From Massalongia carnosa (lineage: Eukaryota): 64,000 bases of DNA. The stretch lies in assembly GCA_965645245.1 (NCBI GenBank), contig OZ287070.1, positions 1,116,001-1,180,000 of the forward strand. The letters are read 5' to 3'. Positions 1-10,516 of this stretch are shown here, piece by piece; position 1 is the stretch's first letter; the number at the start of each line of letters is the position of its first letter. The translations under genes and the position numbers were made by a program. The notes beneath the pieces were generated by a model. It saw nothing but the letters and a program-made list of their open reading frames with translations. It made no database searches and had not been told where the DNA came from.

Positions 1-192
1 CCTCGAGCTTCTGATTCACTCGCACACACACAACACATATTTCTATCAGTGAATGTTCAAAGCCATTTATTACCATTCATCAATCGATTTATCTCCATCT
101 TTCCTTCACTTTTGCCGGTAATTCGGTGCTCGAGTCCATTGCCAGCTCGAAGGGTTGCTAGGTACTTATCTTATCTCGCAAGCGGGGGCAGA

Positions 193-1492
193 ATGTTTGA
201 CCTCCTCACTAGCCTCATCCGTCCGACCACTCCTTCCATTCGTCGCAATCCCACCACCCCCAAACCCGCCTCCCCGCCGCCAATGACAACGTCCAACATC
301 CACGCTGCCGCCTCACAAGACGCTGGCCTGCCCATCTATGATGCAGACACCTTCCTCAATGAACCCTCCAACCAAGCCTTAGCCAATTCCGGCGCGTCCA
401 AGAAGCGGATAGGCAGCGATGCCACCGCCGCAACGCAACCGGTCCAGCTGGCCTCGCCGCGCACTAGCTACGCGGTGTCGGCACTGCATCATCTTTGCCA
501 AGAGCGCGGGCTGAAGATGGATTTCGAGATCGAGGGCGACAAGCATGGGTTCGGGGGATGGCTGAAGGTGGGCAATGAAATGATCGGCAGGGATGAGCGG
601 TGGAGGTCGAAAAAAGATGCAAAGGAGGGCTTGGCGGAGAGGGGGCTGGAAGTGGTGAAGGCGATGCCGTTGAGGGGAAAAGTAACTGCAAGTTCGCAGG
701 AGAACTGGATCGGCATGCTGCAAAGTACGATTGTTTCGGGAACAGCCCTACGCGTTCGGTACTAATTACTTCCTCTATCCAGATTTCTACCAAAGCTCCG
801 TCATAACACTGGAAGGCGGGCCGGTCTATACCGAATTCGCCATCGGAATGAGTTTTGCCTGCACGTGCACCATCCCGGCGCGGGACGCGCCCTTCGGCTC
901 CGACTCCCTTCCCTTCCCCACCAAGAAGGCGGCCCGGTTCAACGCCGCGCGAGAAGCGATGCAGTTCCTGATTGCGGAAGGCCTGACAGAGCCGGACGGG
1001 AGCGTGAAGGCGAAAAAGAAGGTGAAGGTGGGCACAGCGGTTAGGATTGGGGACAAGAGACTAGAGGTGAAGAAGGATGCTACATATGCGCAGAAGGTCA
1101 ATGGTGAGTTGATATTTCCCATTTTCTCTTTCCTGTGTCGTTCAGTCCACGTTCTTGACGTCCACATATGTCGCCCCTCCCACCCACTAAACCAATCCCC
1201 TTTCTTCCACTTAGAACTCTGCTCCGTCCTTTGCTTCCAGCCACCGACATATCACCTACAAGCCAGCTCCCCCGCGACGCCCAGCATGCTCAGCGGCTTC
1301 GCCAAGTTCTCAAACGAGCCGCTGTTTCCGGACCCGATCGGCGAGGTGCGCAATTTGTTTGGGAGGAAGGCGGCGAAGGAGGAATGTGCTAGAGGGGTGT
1401 GGAAAGTGTTGATGGCGGAGGCGGCGAAGAGGGGGGTGGGTGTTGGGATTGAGGACGAGGGGGATGGGGACGAGGGGATGGAGGGGATATAA
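193..1492 (+). CDS. Multi-dsRBD (double-stranded RNA-binding motif) protein with no catalytic domain; 3 exons (introns 725-782, 1104-1214); start ATG 193 or 283
   Basis: Three dsRBD-like blocks: 'VSALHHLCQERG...WRSKKDAKEGLAERGL', 'NWIGMLQ|NFYQ..PVYTEF...FPTKKAARFNAAREAM', 'YAQKVN|ELC...FGRKAAKEECARGV'. The GTACGA..CTAAT..CAG and GTGAGT..CTAA..TAG introns join the ORF-track frames. Confidence 0.75.
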
Positions 1493-1788
1493 GGGGGTGA
1501 AAGGTGGGGGGAGGGGGGGGAGGGGAGGGCGCGGAGCAGGAGATGTCGATAAGCGATGAGGTAAATTTTATGCATTGAACGAAGAAGCAACAACAGCACA
1601 GAAAAGCCTGATAACGACGAAAGAAAAATAGGTGGCGAAGAAGAAGAAGAAGAAGAAGAAGAAGTAGAAGAAATTTGCCCTTTCTCACCATGCCCGAAAC
1701 CGCCGCCCCCTGAACGAGTTATCTATCTATCGTTCATCCTTTCGGTTAGTCCGTCGGTTGATCGGTTCGGCAGTTTACTTACCATAGG

Positions 1789-4123
1789 TAGGGCTCTGAA
1801 AATTTCGAAATTTTGACAAGGTCGCACGAAAATTTCATCACGTGTGCGCGCCAAGCATGAAATTTTCGAAATTTATTACTAAGCACATATACATATCTTG
1901 TAGATAGATCGATACCTCATTTTGATAGTCACTCTCATACATTTAAAGGTATCTTCCGATTTTATACTCATGGCTCAACGCGGTGGAAGAAAGAAAAATT
2001 CTCTACAGAGGTAATTGAGGAGAATTTCAAAGACGTGATCACCATGGGATTGAAAAAACCTCAGCATCAATGCATTCATTGTGGTCATCAGACTACCAAG
2101 AATGCTGTAAGAGGACTATCACATTTAGATCAATGTGATGCCTACAAACAGAAGATAACAAAGAAGGAAGATGCCTCGTTCAGTTCTAGATCAATCCAAC
2201 TGCCCATTACCACCATGATTCGTCCCCTTAGCCAGAGCCAAATTGCTCATGCTCATCGCGAGGCGGCGATGTCTGTTTATATGACAAATCTTCCCTTCAA
2301 CCACTTCGAGAATCCCTATGTTATTGCGGCATTTCAAGCTCTTTCTCCTGGATACAAGCCCCCTCATGCCAGACTGATGGCTGGACGATTGTTGGATGAA
2401 GCCTATGAAACAGTTAAATTCAAAATAAATCAAGAATTGAATGCTTGCAATCATCTCAGCTTTTTTACCGACGAGACAGCCAACATTCGAAAAGAGCGAG
2501 TAATAAATCTCTGCTGTCACGTTCCCACATCTGTCACTTCTAGTGGCGGAGGATTTCAGCTAAAAGCTGATGTCGGAGTGGCGGAAAAAATGACGGCAGT
2601 CGTACAAGCTGAATGGGTGATAAATGGATGTAGGGATGCTACCAACAATCAGCTTGAAAGGGTTAATTGTATCTGCACCGACACGTGCTCTACAATGAAA
2701 GCCATGTGGACGGAAATTTCGAAAAGTGCAGAGATGAAGCATGTTTTCTTCGTACCTTGCGATAGTCATGGTTTGCAGCTATTGTTAGGAGACATTTTGA
2801 AATTTCCTTATTTTACAGATGTTATAGAAAAGGCTCAGTTGATCGTCATCAGTTTTCGCGGATCAAATAAGGAATTAGCCAGTTTATGGAAATACCAAAT
2901 GAAGGCATACAAACAGCGTCGTTCCTTGGTTCTCAACTTTCTCACCAGATGGGGTACGACGGTTGGTCTTTTAAATTCAGTACTGAATAATCAACAGGCC
3001 TTGTTGGGTTATTTTCAGCAGAAGAATCCAGGCATAGATCAGGGAAGAAATAAACCTTTGGGAAGTTTCGTCAACGATTATTCCTTTTGGAAGAAACTGA
3101 CCATGGTCAAAAAGATACTGAATCCCATTCATAAACTTCAGTACATGTCCGAAGCCGAGGGATATAAGCTATACACCGTAACAAATAACTGGAATATCAT
3201 TCGCTCTCATCTGTACTCGATGGCCGAAGAAGAAAGCGACAGTGAGGCGGATCTATATCACATTGCTCACGTCGTTTGGGAAGATAGATATCTCAGTCAA
3301 ATAACAGAGCTTCATGTGGTTGCATCTCTTCTGCTTCCGCAAAATCGTACGATAAAGGTGGTCGGAGTTACTACAGAACATGCTTTTTCATCGATCATGC
3401 ATAGATTCTTTGCTCGATATCTGAATGCTGAAGATAGCATCGTTGCCATGAGACAATGGCTTGCTTTTCGAGATCAGGAAGATGAATTTCATGCAAACTC
3501 AGAATGTTGGACTTATCAGATGACACCGGAGCTGTTTTGGAATTTTTGCAAGCATTTTGCATTGATTCTTAGCAAGCTGGCCAGAAAGGTAATGATGCTT
3601 CCTGGCAATTCAGTGCTGGCAGAAAGAAGTTGGTCGGTCATGAATTTGATCATGAACAAGACTCGAAATTCCATGGCATCGATCAACGTGGATAAGCTGA
3701 TGTTTATTTATCTGAATGAAAGAACTCTTAACCGACCGAAAGAAATCAAAAGGAAGCTACAATTCGCAGGCATTGACATAGAAGAAGACGATCTATATGA
3801 GATGGAAGACAGATTGTTGCAGGAAGAAATCTCTCTGCAAGAAACAGCGACAGTAAAATCGTTGAAACGACCAGCAAGTCAAGCGATAGAGGGAGATGCG
3901 GTCAGGCTCAGAGATACTTGAGATTGTATGAAGATTAATAGCTAAATCAAGTATCTTCAAGTTGGCATGTCCTCGTTCCTATTTTCCGCTTTCCCCGCAC
4001 CCCCCCCCCCTGCCTACCCCCCTGCAAAACATCCATGAAAATTTCACTCGTGAAAGTCGCAGTGAAACTTTCATCCCGATCGGGTTAGGCAAAATTTCAT
4101 GAAAGTTTCATTTCAGAGCCCTA
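1789..4123 (+). mobile_element. hAT-superfamily DNA transposon, full length (2335 bp)
   Basis: Perfect 13-bp TIRs TAGGGCTCTGAAA (1789-1801) and TTTCAGAGCCCTA (4111-4123); perfect 8-bp TSD ACCATAGG (1781-1788, 4124-4131); subterminal GAAANTTTC-type repeats at both ends; transposase inside. Confidence 0.95.
2044..3921 (+). CDS. hAT transposase (BED-like zinc finger, DDE core, C-terminal dimerisation region)
   Basis: C-x2-C...H-x3-C (CIHC...HLDQC), FTDET, CTDT, CDSH (CxxH), TRW and AERSWS motifs; uninterrupted ORF; ATG 2044 lies in ACCATGG context; an upstream ATG at 1970 is one base out of frame. Confidence 0.9.
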   Translation: MGLKKPQHQCIHCGHQTTKNAVRGLSHLDQCDAYKQKITKKEDASFSSRSIQLPITTMIRPLSQSQIAHAHREAAMSVYMTNLPFNHFENPYVIAAFQALSPGYKPPHARLMAGRLLDEAYETVKFKINQELNACNHLSFFTDETANIRKERVINLCCHVPTSVTSSGGGFQLKADVGVAEKMTAVVQAEWVINGCRDATNNQLERVNCICTDTCSTMKAMWTEISKSAEMKHVFFVPCDSHGLQLLLGDILKFPYFTDVIEKAQLIVISFRGSNKELASLWKYQMKAYKQRRSLVLNFLTRWGTTVGLLNSVLNNQQALLGYFQQKNPGIDQGRNKPLGSFVNDYSFWKKLTMVKKILNPIHKLQYMSEAEGYKLYTVTNNWNIIRSHLYSMAEEESDSEADLYHIAHVVWEDRYLSQITELHVVASLLLPQNRTIKVVGVTTEHAFSSIMHRFFARYLNAEDSIVAMRQWLAFRDQEDEFHANSECWTYQMTPELFWNFCKHFALILSKLARKVMMLPGNSVLAERSWSVMNLIMNKTRNSMASINVDKLMFIYLNERTLNRPKEIKRKLQFAGIDIEEDDLYEMEDRLLQEEISLQETATVKSLKRPASQAIEGDAVRLRDT

Positions 4124-5082
4124 ACCATAGGTATGTATGTATGTACGAAGGATGACGCCGAAAGTCCTTGCTAACGCTAAATATGCAGCTAAAAAAGCCA
4201 CTTTACATGGGTATATTTGCATGGATAGGTAGATAGTTATTAAATATCAATCCATCGAATAATCGCATGAAGCTATTCAGAATTATCACCATCATCATCT
4301 TTATCACTTATACTCATCGCTGTCAGTGCTTTCTCGTTTGAGATGAGCGCGATGATATCGAACACGGCGATCTTCTTTATTATACGGTCGTACGACTCCG
4401 ATCTCTCTACCTTCTCTATACTCGTTACCTCCATCCAACAATATCACCTCATCAACATGTCGCTTTATACGTTCAATCCAGGACTGAATTATTTTCTGCG
4501 TCAACTCCTCCGTCCAGCACTTTGTCCAGGCCTTTTCAGCCTCAATACGAGTCCTCGGAGCACCTAATCGAGTTGTTCTTCGCTTCATCCAGAACCAGCA
4601 AGGCTCGATCATGTTCAGATCAGGAGAATTTCCAGGCCATAACAGACGCATGACGTTGAAATCCATAAAGATCAGATTTTGATGTTTGGATGCGTGACTG
4701 GGGGCCTTGTCTTCCTGTACGATAGTGTTTAGTCGATCTATCATACATTCTTTTGCAAACGGAAGAAGCTTAGGAATTAAGACGAGTTTTTCATAACGAT
4801 ATCAGTCTACTCCTCCCTTGCCATCTCGAACGACTTTACCGTGTGTTTTATCCCATTTCCAGATAGGTTTTCGACCTCCTGGATTACGTAGCTTCATTCG
4901 TCTCATGCTTGTTTCTAACTCCCAATCCTCTTTAGCTTCTGATTCTAAAGTCTTATTGAGTTTATCTAACTCAATTTGAGCCTCTCTTTTCTCTTTTGCG
5001 GTCTCTGTTTTTCAGATATGAAAAGGTTCTTTCTTATCGTACGAAAAACAGCCCCAAAACAAAAACTCGGAGCATCCTTTCC

Positions 5083-6918
5083 GAGATGCTTAGGGACAGT
5101 CCCCCCCGACCGTCCCCCTGTGTAGATCTTTACTAGTAAACAGCCACTTTAATACTCATCCAGAATGCGTACAAGCTAGTATGCAACTGCCAACAGCACA
5201 TTAAACTCTTTTCGGTTTAAATCGTATGACGTGTTATTGCTACTAATAAAGCATACCCTCACCCTCACCCTCACTTACCATTTGCCCTTGCCTATAAGAA
5301 AATCGGTGCAGAAAATATGTGATGAGGTGCGGAAAAAACAATTAGATCAGGAGATTTTGTGCAATCAACAGCGAATACGCAATCCTAGATTGATCTATAG
5401 AAATGCTTTTACGCTACTCATTGGGAAAATTACGCATCATGCCATTGGCCTCGTTTCAAGAGAACTCAATGCCGCCAAATCATTAGCTGAACGAATCCTT
5501 TCTATTGTCCCTGATGGTGGAAGCTGTGTTTATGATTGTGAATTGCCTTTAAGGTAGGGTCTCCTATGCAAATGCTGGTTGTATAAATGCATCATCGACT
5601 CGGTCCCTATTCCCGTTTCCCTCATCCACCCCCGCTAGTTTTTTGATGGCCCACCTTATGCGGTCTCTTGGCAGATGACCTTCGATTTCGCTCGCGGCTC
5701 GGAGCCCGAGGTCGAAAAGATCGTCGATGAGGTCGAAGGCACGGGAGAGATTGAGGCGGATAAGGATGAGGTCGAGCTCGAAGAAGGCGTGTTGAGTGAG
5801 GATAGATTTCGCCGCGGGGGCCTTGATTTGCTACATTCTGTGGCATATCAATCTATTGACCTGCATCAATCAATAGAAGATTCCCATCGAAGGGAGGAGT
5901 ACGCTCGCGAGCATGCTCACATCGTTGAAAAGTTCAATAAGAAATGGCAAAAGGAGCTGGTAAGACCTCTCATCCCCACCACATTCCCCGACGAAATTCG
6001 GCGCAAAGAAAACCTCATTTATAAGAAAGGAGGGAGTCGTCGACGTGCCTACACTGGTCGCGAGATAGCTGAGGCTAGAGAAACTGAACAGCGACGTACT
6101 AGGCGAAGGGACTCTATTGAACAAGGGAGGAGGCTTAGATATAATAGATTGCGTGCTGGGGGCGACGACGAGGTTGAAGGTGAAACAGAAGGTAAAATTC
6201 ACGATGTTGCAAAGTTATTGCGCTCGGGTCGGCTAATATTGGGTACAATAGGTTTAGGAGAAAACTTAGTTATGGAGAGAATCGAAAACGCGTCTATCGT
6301 CTCCGACGACGATGACGAGGTGCAGTATATAAGCACTCAGCCCATTCTCGGTCGTTCTATGGATCCTATGCTTCCTTCGGATGACGATAATGATTTTATT
6401 CTTACATCAGAAGCCTCGTCGGATTCGCTCGAAGATATTGACGATGTGCTTGCCAAGCATAGTCAAAAAGCCCTACCTCAGGCAGCGCCGCCTCCATCTC
6501 TTTATAGTCTTGGCCAAAACGTGCGCGCCAGTCAAATTCTCCCTACTTCCTCTGCAACAACGCGAAGGTCTCGGGGTGTGGCGAAGAAATCAAAGGCTCA
6601 GTTGGAGTTGGAATCCCAGCAAAGAGTCGAGAAATCAGTCAAACAGGCTAGGGCTCAAGCGAGAAAGGAAACGGCGATGAGAAAGGTGGCTAAAACCATG
6701 AAGCCTAGAAAAGATGATGTATCGAAATTGGCTGACGAGTTTTTGGAGTTGAAGTCATCGCAATAGGTAGATTTGTAGGTGTTGAATACACTTAGTCAGT
6801 AATATTAATACGTAGTGTAACTGTTAGCTTGTACGCACCCTGGATGAGTATTAAAGTGGCTGTTTACTAGTAAAGATCTACACAGGGGGACGGTCGGGGG
6901 ACTGTCCCTAAGCATCTC
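5083..6918 (+). mobile_element. Mutator-like element (MULE), internally deleted and non-autonomous, nested in the Tc1 transposase
   Basis: ~95-bp TIRs (5083-5178 / 6825-6918) beginning GAGATGCTTAGGGACAGTCCCCC; flanking direct repeat GCATCCTTTCC (5072-5082, 6919-6929), equivalent to a 9-bp TSD CATCCTTTC if the TIR is extended by 1 bp; excision restores the Tc1 reading frame. Confidence 0.88.
5276..6766 (+). pseudogene. 3' half of a MULE transposase (SWIM-like Cys region plus charged tail); DDE core missing
   Basis: 'CVYDCELPLR*GLLCKCWL...PIPVSLIHPR*FFD' resembles the fungal MULE C-x-C..GLPC..IHPRW region; two in-frame TAG stops; probable intron at ~6193-6251. Confidence 0.65.
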
Positions 6919-7243
6919 GCATCCTTTCCATCTACGTCGAATACACGTTTCACCATACATTTCTTTCGAGGTACGCCACTGAAGTCTTCTTCCACGTCTA
7001 GAACCCAATATAATACTTGTTTTGTCAGTCCATATAACGTTCTTCCAATTATCAGTAGTCCAGTGCTGATATTGCAAAAAAAATTGCAGACGAGCCTCTT
7101 TCATGATCGAATCTAGACCTGGCTTTTTCGTGCTTTTACAGGGGCGAAACCCATTCTGTTTAAGCGTACGAAGTATAGTAGTGGAGGAGAGTTTATGATC
7201 AAAGCCAATCATAGCTGATGATTTTTCTCCGCTATTTCGATCT

Positions 7244-7406
7244 TGTAACGGTTCGACCAAGCGTGGTGCGGACGGCAGGACCTACAGCGAACATAGCAGG
7301 AGTCCCAGTTATAGTAGAATAGAGCTTGGTCAAGTATTGTGCCTTTTGGTCGGGAAGGTCAGGTGGCGCAATGGTAGAAATCTATTCACTATCTCGCTTC
7401 GTCACA
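7244..7406. mobile_element. Solo LTR (163 bp) of an LTR retrotransposon, nested in the Tc1 transposase
   Basis: Termini TGTAACG...CGTCACA (TG..CA, imperfect inverted repeat); 5-bp TSD GATCT (7239-7243, 7407-7411); removal restores the frame EQAILNNVV*DRNSGEKS. Confidence 0.85.
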
Positions 7407-7870
7407 GATCTTACACTACATTATTCAATATAGCTTGCTCTACCTCTGGTGTAACCTTTTTAAGTCGTCCTGAACGAGGTGCATCTTCTATATATTCTAC
7501 TTTTAAAATATGAGATACAGCTGGATCATATCCACGCTGTCGTGCTTTGATTTTGAGAGCTGAAATCGATCTTGTGGAGAGTCAAGTCACTGCTTGCACG
7601 ATTTTCGCCGCAATTCCGTGTTCTACAAGCGCTAAAGCCTGTATTCTTTGTGCAATCGTGAGAGTATTGCTCTGTACATTGGGCATGATAATGATGATGA
7701 TTAATACCTTCTACTGAATATTAGATGTAGTAGTACTGTCTTTTTGACGAAGAGAACAGAAGCAATTCGAGATTTTCTAGACTATTTTAGTACTGTATTC
7801 CCCTTGTAAGCTAATAAACACTAATGCACGTCTCATGTACGCTAGCAAGGACTTTCAGCGTCATCCTTCG

Positions 7871-7958
7871 TATGTATGTATGTATGCATGCATGGAATGA
7901 GTGTATGAATTGGACGAATGGCCCGTGATGATATACATACATACATACATACATACAT
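7871..7958. repeat. (TATG)n and (CATA)n microsatellites in inverted orientation
   Basis: TATG repeats at 7871-7886 (continuing 4132-4145 across the Tc1 insertion) and CATA repeats at 7935-7958. Confidence 0.9.
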
Positions 7959-8438
7959 ATCTTCCATCTCCTTCCCGGCACCTCTCCCCCCCAACCATCT
8001 GCTACTCCTGCTGCTCATGCACGCACTCACGCATCCTCATCTGCAACCCCCTCCCCTTCCTGCCCGAAACCAAGCTTACTTACTCTACTACTCTATACCC
8101 ATACGGAGTACATACATATAGATTGATCGAGCTAAAGGAAGGGTGGGGTTAGTGGGGTAGAAAGGAGGCCGTTCCCGAACCCTGGGAGTAAGCGGTAGAG
8201 TAAAGTGGATTAAAAGTACTGATTTTATGGTTTGTACGTAAGCGGAAAAACGCGATGGGGGGGTTTTCCAACGGAGTTCGGAGGTCAGGCGTGTCTTTGC
8301 AGGGGTAAAGGAGAGAGAGAGAGAGAGAGAGAGAGCTTTCATTTTCTTTTGCGAATGGATGCAAACAAAATAATTGCAGCTGGTGAAAAATAGGGCGCTT
8401 GAGAACCGCCGGCTCCGAACCACCCTCCCCGTTCTCTC

Positions 8439-10388
8439 CTAACCAGGTAGCCCCAACCCACTAAGAAACCTTGCCTCGTCCGCCTGCCTCTCCAGAGCCC
8501 GACGCATTCTCTCCGCAAAAACCTCCCCTTGCTCCTGCTCCAACGATGCCCTTTCCTCGTCAGATTCCGCCTGCCACGCGAACCGCGACTGCTTTCCAAA
8601 ACCGACGACACCGATTCTTTCGCCTGTCCAGATGGCAACAGGGTCCCTGGCCGAGGACCCCATGCTTAGGATCTTTCTCGCTACATCTCCGCCAGCCTTC
8701 TCGCTCAGCACCGCTCTCGTGTTGCTATGAGGGACCAGTTGGCCCTGGCTTGCTTGCACGGCACATTCGCCATCAAAGGCGGATTGGTTGACGTTCCACC
8801 TGCGTACGACGGTGGAGCCATCGCGCTCGACCCACTTGAGCATGCCGTTGCTATCACTGAAGAGGAGACGCGTGCCGTGTGGTATTACGGAGAGCAGCTT
8901 AGAGCTCGAGGCAGAAGTACGGTTTTTGATGAAGGGCAAGCTTTTCGTGGGCGTAGGTGGTGCGGGGTTGGTGGCAAGAGGAGGGATCATCGTGGGGAGG
9001 GGATAGAGTTCTAAGGAACCCTTTCCGTTGTACTCACCACATGCGAGGAGGGTGCTGGGGATGGGACAGCGGCCTTGCAGCGGGGCACCGATGGAGGCAA
9101 GAGCGCAAAGGCGAGCGCCTGAATAAATGGTGTTGTGCAGTTTAGGAAATTTGCGCCGATCGTAGGCCAGAATGCTGGGGAATCGGCCGGCAACGTAGAT
9201 TTCACCGTTCGCAGCGTCGTGGACCCCGTCCGGTCCTGGGAGGTGGAGGATGGAGAGGGGACCAGGTCGGGAGAGAGGAGCATAATCAGGGATACTATGT
9301 GGGGCTTCGGATCTAGACAAGTCTCTGCCTGTCTGGATAATTACTGGAAAGTTGGCGCTACTGTCGAGCTGGTCTGATCCTTCAGCCCCGGACGGTGCGT
9401 TGCGAGGGACACGTGGATCGTAAAGATGAAGACCAATAGTCGTTCCCACAGTTAAAGGGATGGGATAGGAGGCCTCGGAAAGTGCAGAAATCAGAAATGG
9501 ATATTTCTCCTGGGCAGTGAGCTGCAATGTCTCGAGATCCACCTCATTCAAGTAGCTTTGCCATGCAAAATAAGCCTTGTTACTCGTCCGGTCGATGCTG
9601 ACGCAATCGACACTCCCTGGGCCTGCAAAGTGCGATTTCGAAAGCGCAATGCATTTGCCCGTGTTTCCCTCAGAGATTTTGTTCGTAAGGAGCCCTGGCT
9701 CGCTGCGGGCTAGAACTCTTCCATTCTCGACGTGGGCTACATCATCATCCTGCCTAACGTTCCACAAGCAAACGCTGCCATCGTCGAGCGGTGCAACCAC
9801 AATATTTCCATACCCATTTTTTTTCAAGCTTATGCCTCGAGCCTCATGTTTCTCCTTTGCTACACCACTCCCAGTGCTTGGCTGCTGCAGCCAATGAGTG
9901 GACAGAGATGCATGCCTTGCGACGTATTCCTCGTACCAGTCCGCTTTTTCAGACGGATAGGAGGGGTCCCAGTCGGCAGTTGATCGTCTGTGCTTTGTGC
10001 GTGCTTTGGATACTTTCTGGTGTGCCGACGAGTTTCCACCGCCATCGTCCCGTCGTGAATTGGCGGCACCTGTAATCGAACGAGCAACCCTTCGTTGCAG
10101 CTCCAATGCCCTTGGCTCTGGTATAGGCAAAGGTGTCTTAGACAAGAAGTTTATATGCTTCTCCCAGAATTTGATGTGCGAGTTCTGAAAGCAGAACTGC
10201 TTCCAAAGCTTGCCATCTCGAGCTACCCCGAAGAAGCTTCTAGAGACCAACTGAAGCGAAAGAACATCGTAAACGTCAAGGACTATTAGCCCATATCAGT
10301 TCACACAACCTTAAATGCTCTAGTAAACTGAAAACTTACAAGAGGAAACCTGCAGGAGTATTTCCAAAGGAAGTAACTCCAAAGCCAT
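8439..10388 (-). CDS. F-box protein with a probable beta-propeller (WD-like) C-terminal region; intron 10283-10339
   Basis: Spliced N-terminus MALELLPLEILLQVSSFLDVYDVLSLQLVSRSFF..LWK is an F-box consensus; 'APLDDGSVCLWNV' is a WD-like motif; 603-aa second exon ORF. Confidence 0.8.
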
Positions 10389-10516
10389 CACGAGTAAAGA
10401 AATACTCGAGGAGCAACTCAGCTGATCAGAAACGGAGCGTGCTGACTTCAAGATCACGTGGCGATAAGAGGACGATAAAGGCTCTATACTCTATTCCGTA
10501 AGTGCGAGTCGAAAAG

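Larger units (their letters stand above)
4304..7686 (-). pseudogene. Disrupted Tc1-type transposase
   Basis: Removing both nested elements gives one continuous frame from ATG 7686: HTH region (DAPRSGR), WTD, RWKGCSEFLFWGCF, QEDKAPSH, WPGNSPDLNMIE (34 aa between D and E). In-frame stops at 7582, 7411, 5012 and 4802. Confidence 0.9.
4146..7870 (-). mobile_element. Tc1/mariner (DD34E) DNA transposon carrying two nested insertions
   Basis: 28-bp TIRs CGAAGGATGACGC(C/T)GAAAGTCCTTGCTA at 4146-4173 and 7843-7870 (1 mismatch); TA at 4144-45 and 7871-72, inside a (TATG)n microsatellite. Confidence 0.93.

Noticed and set aside
2011..2032. GTAATT..AG intron to join ATG 1970 to the hAT ORF
   Set aside because: Only 22 nt, no branch site, and it gives the wrong phase.
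6805..7260. 151-aa ORF as an independent gene
   Set aside because: It is a Tc1 transposase fragment starting in the solo LTR and running into the MULE TIR.
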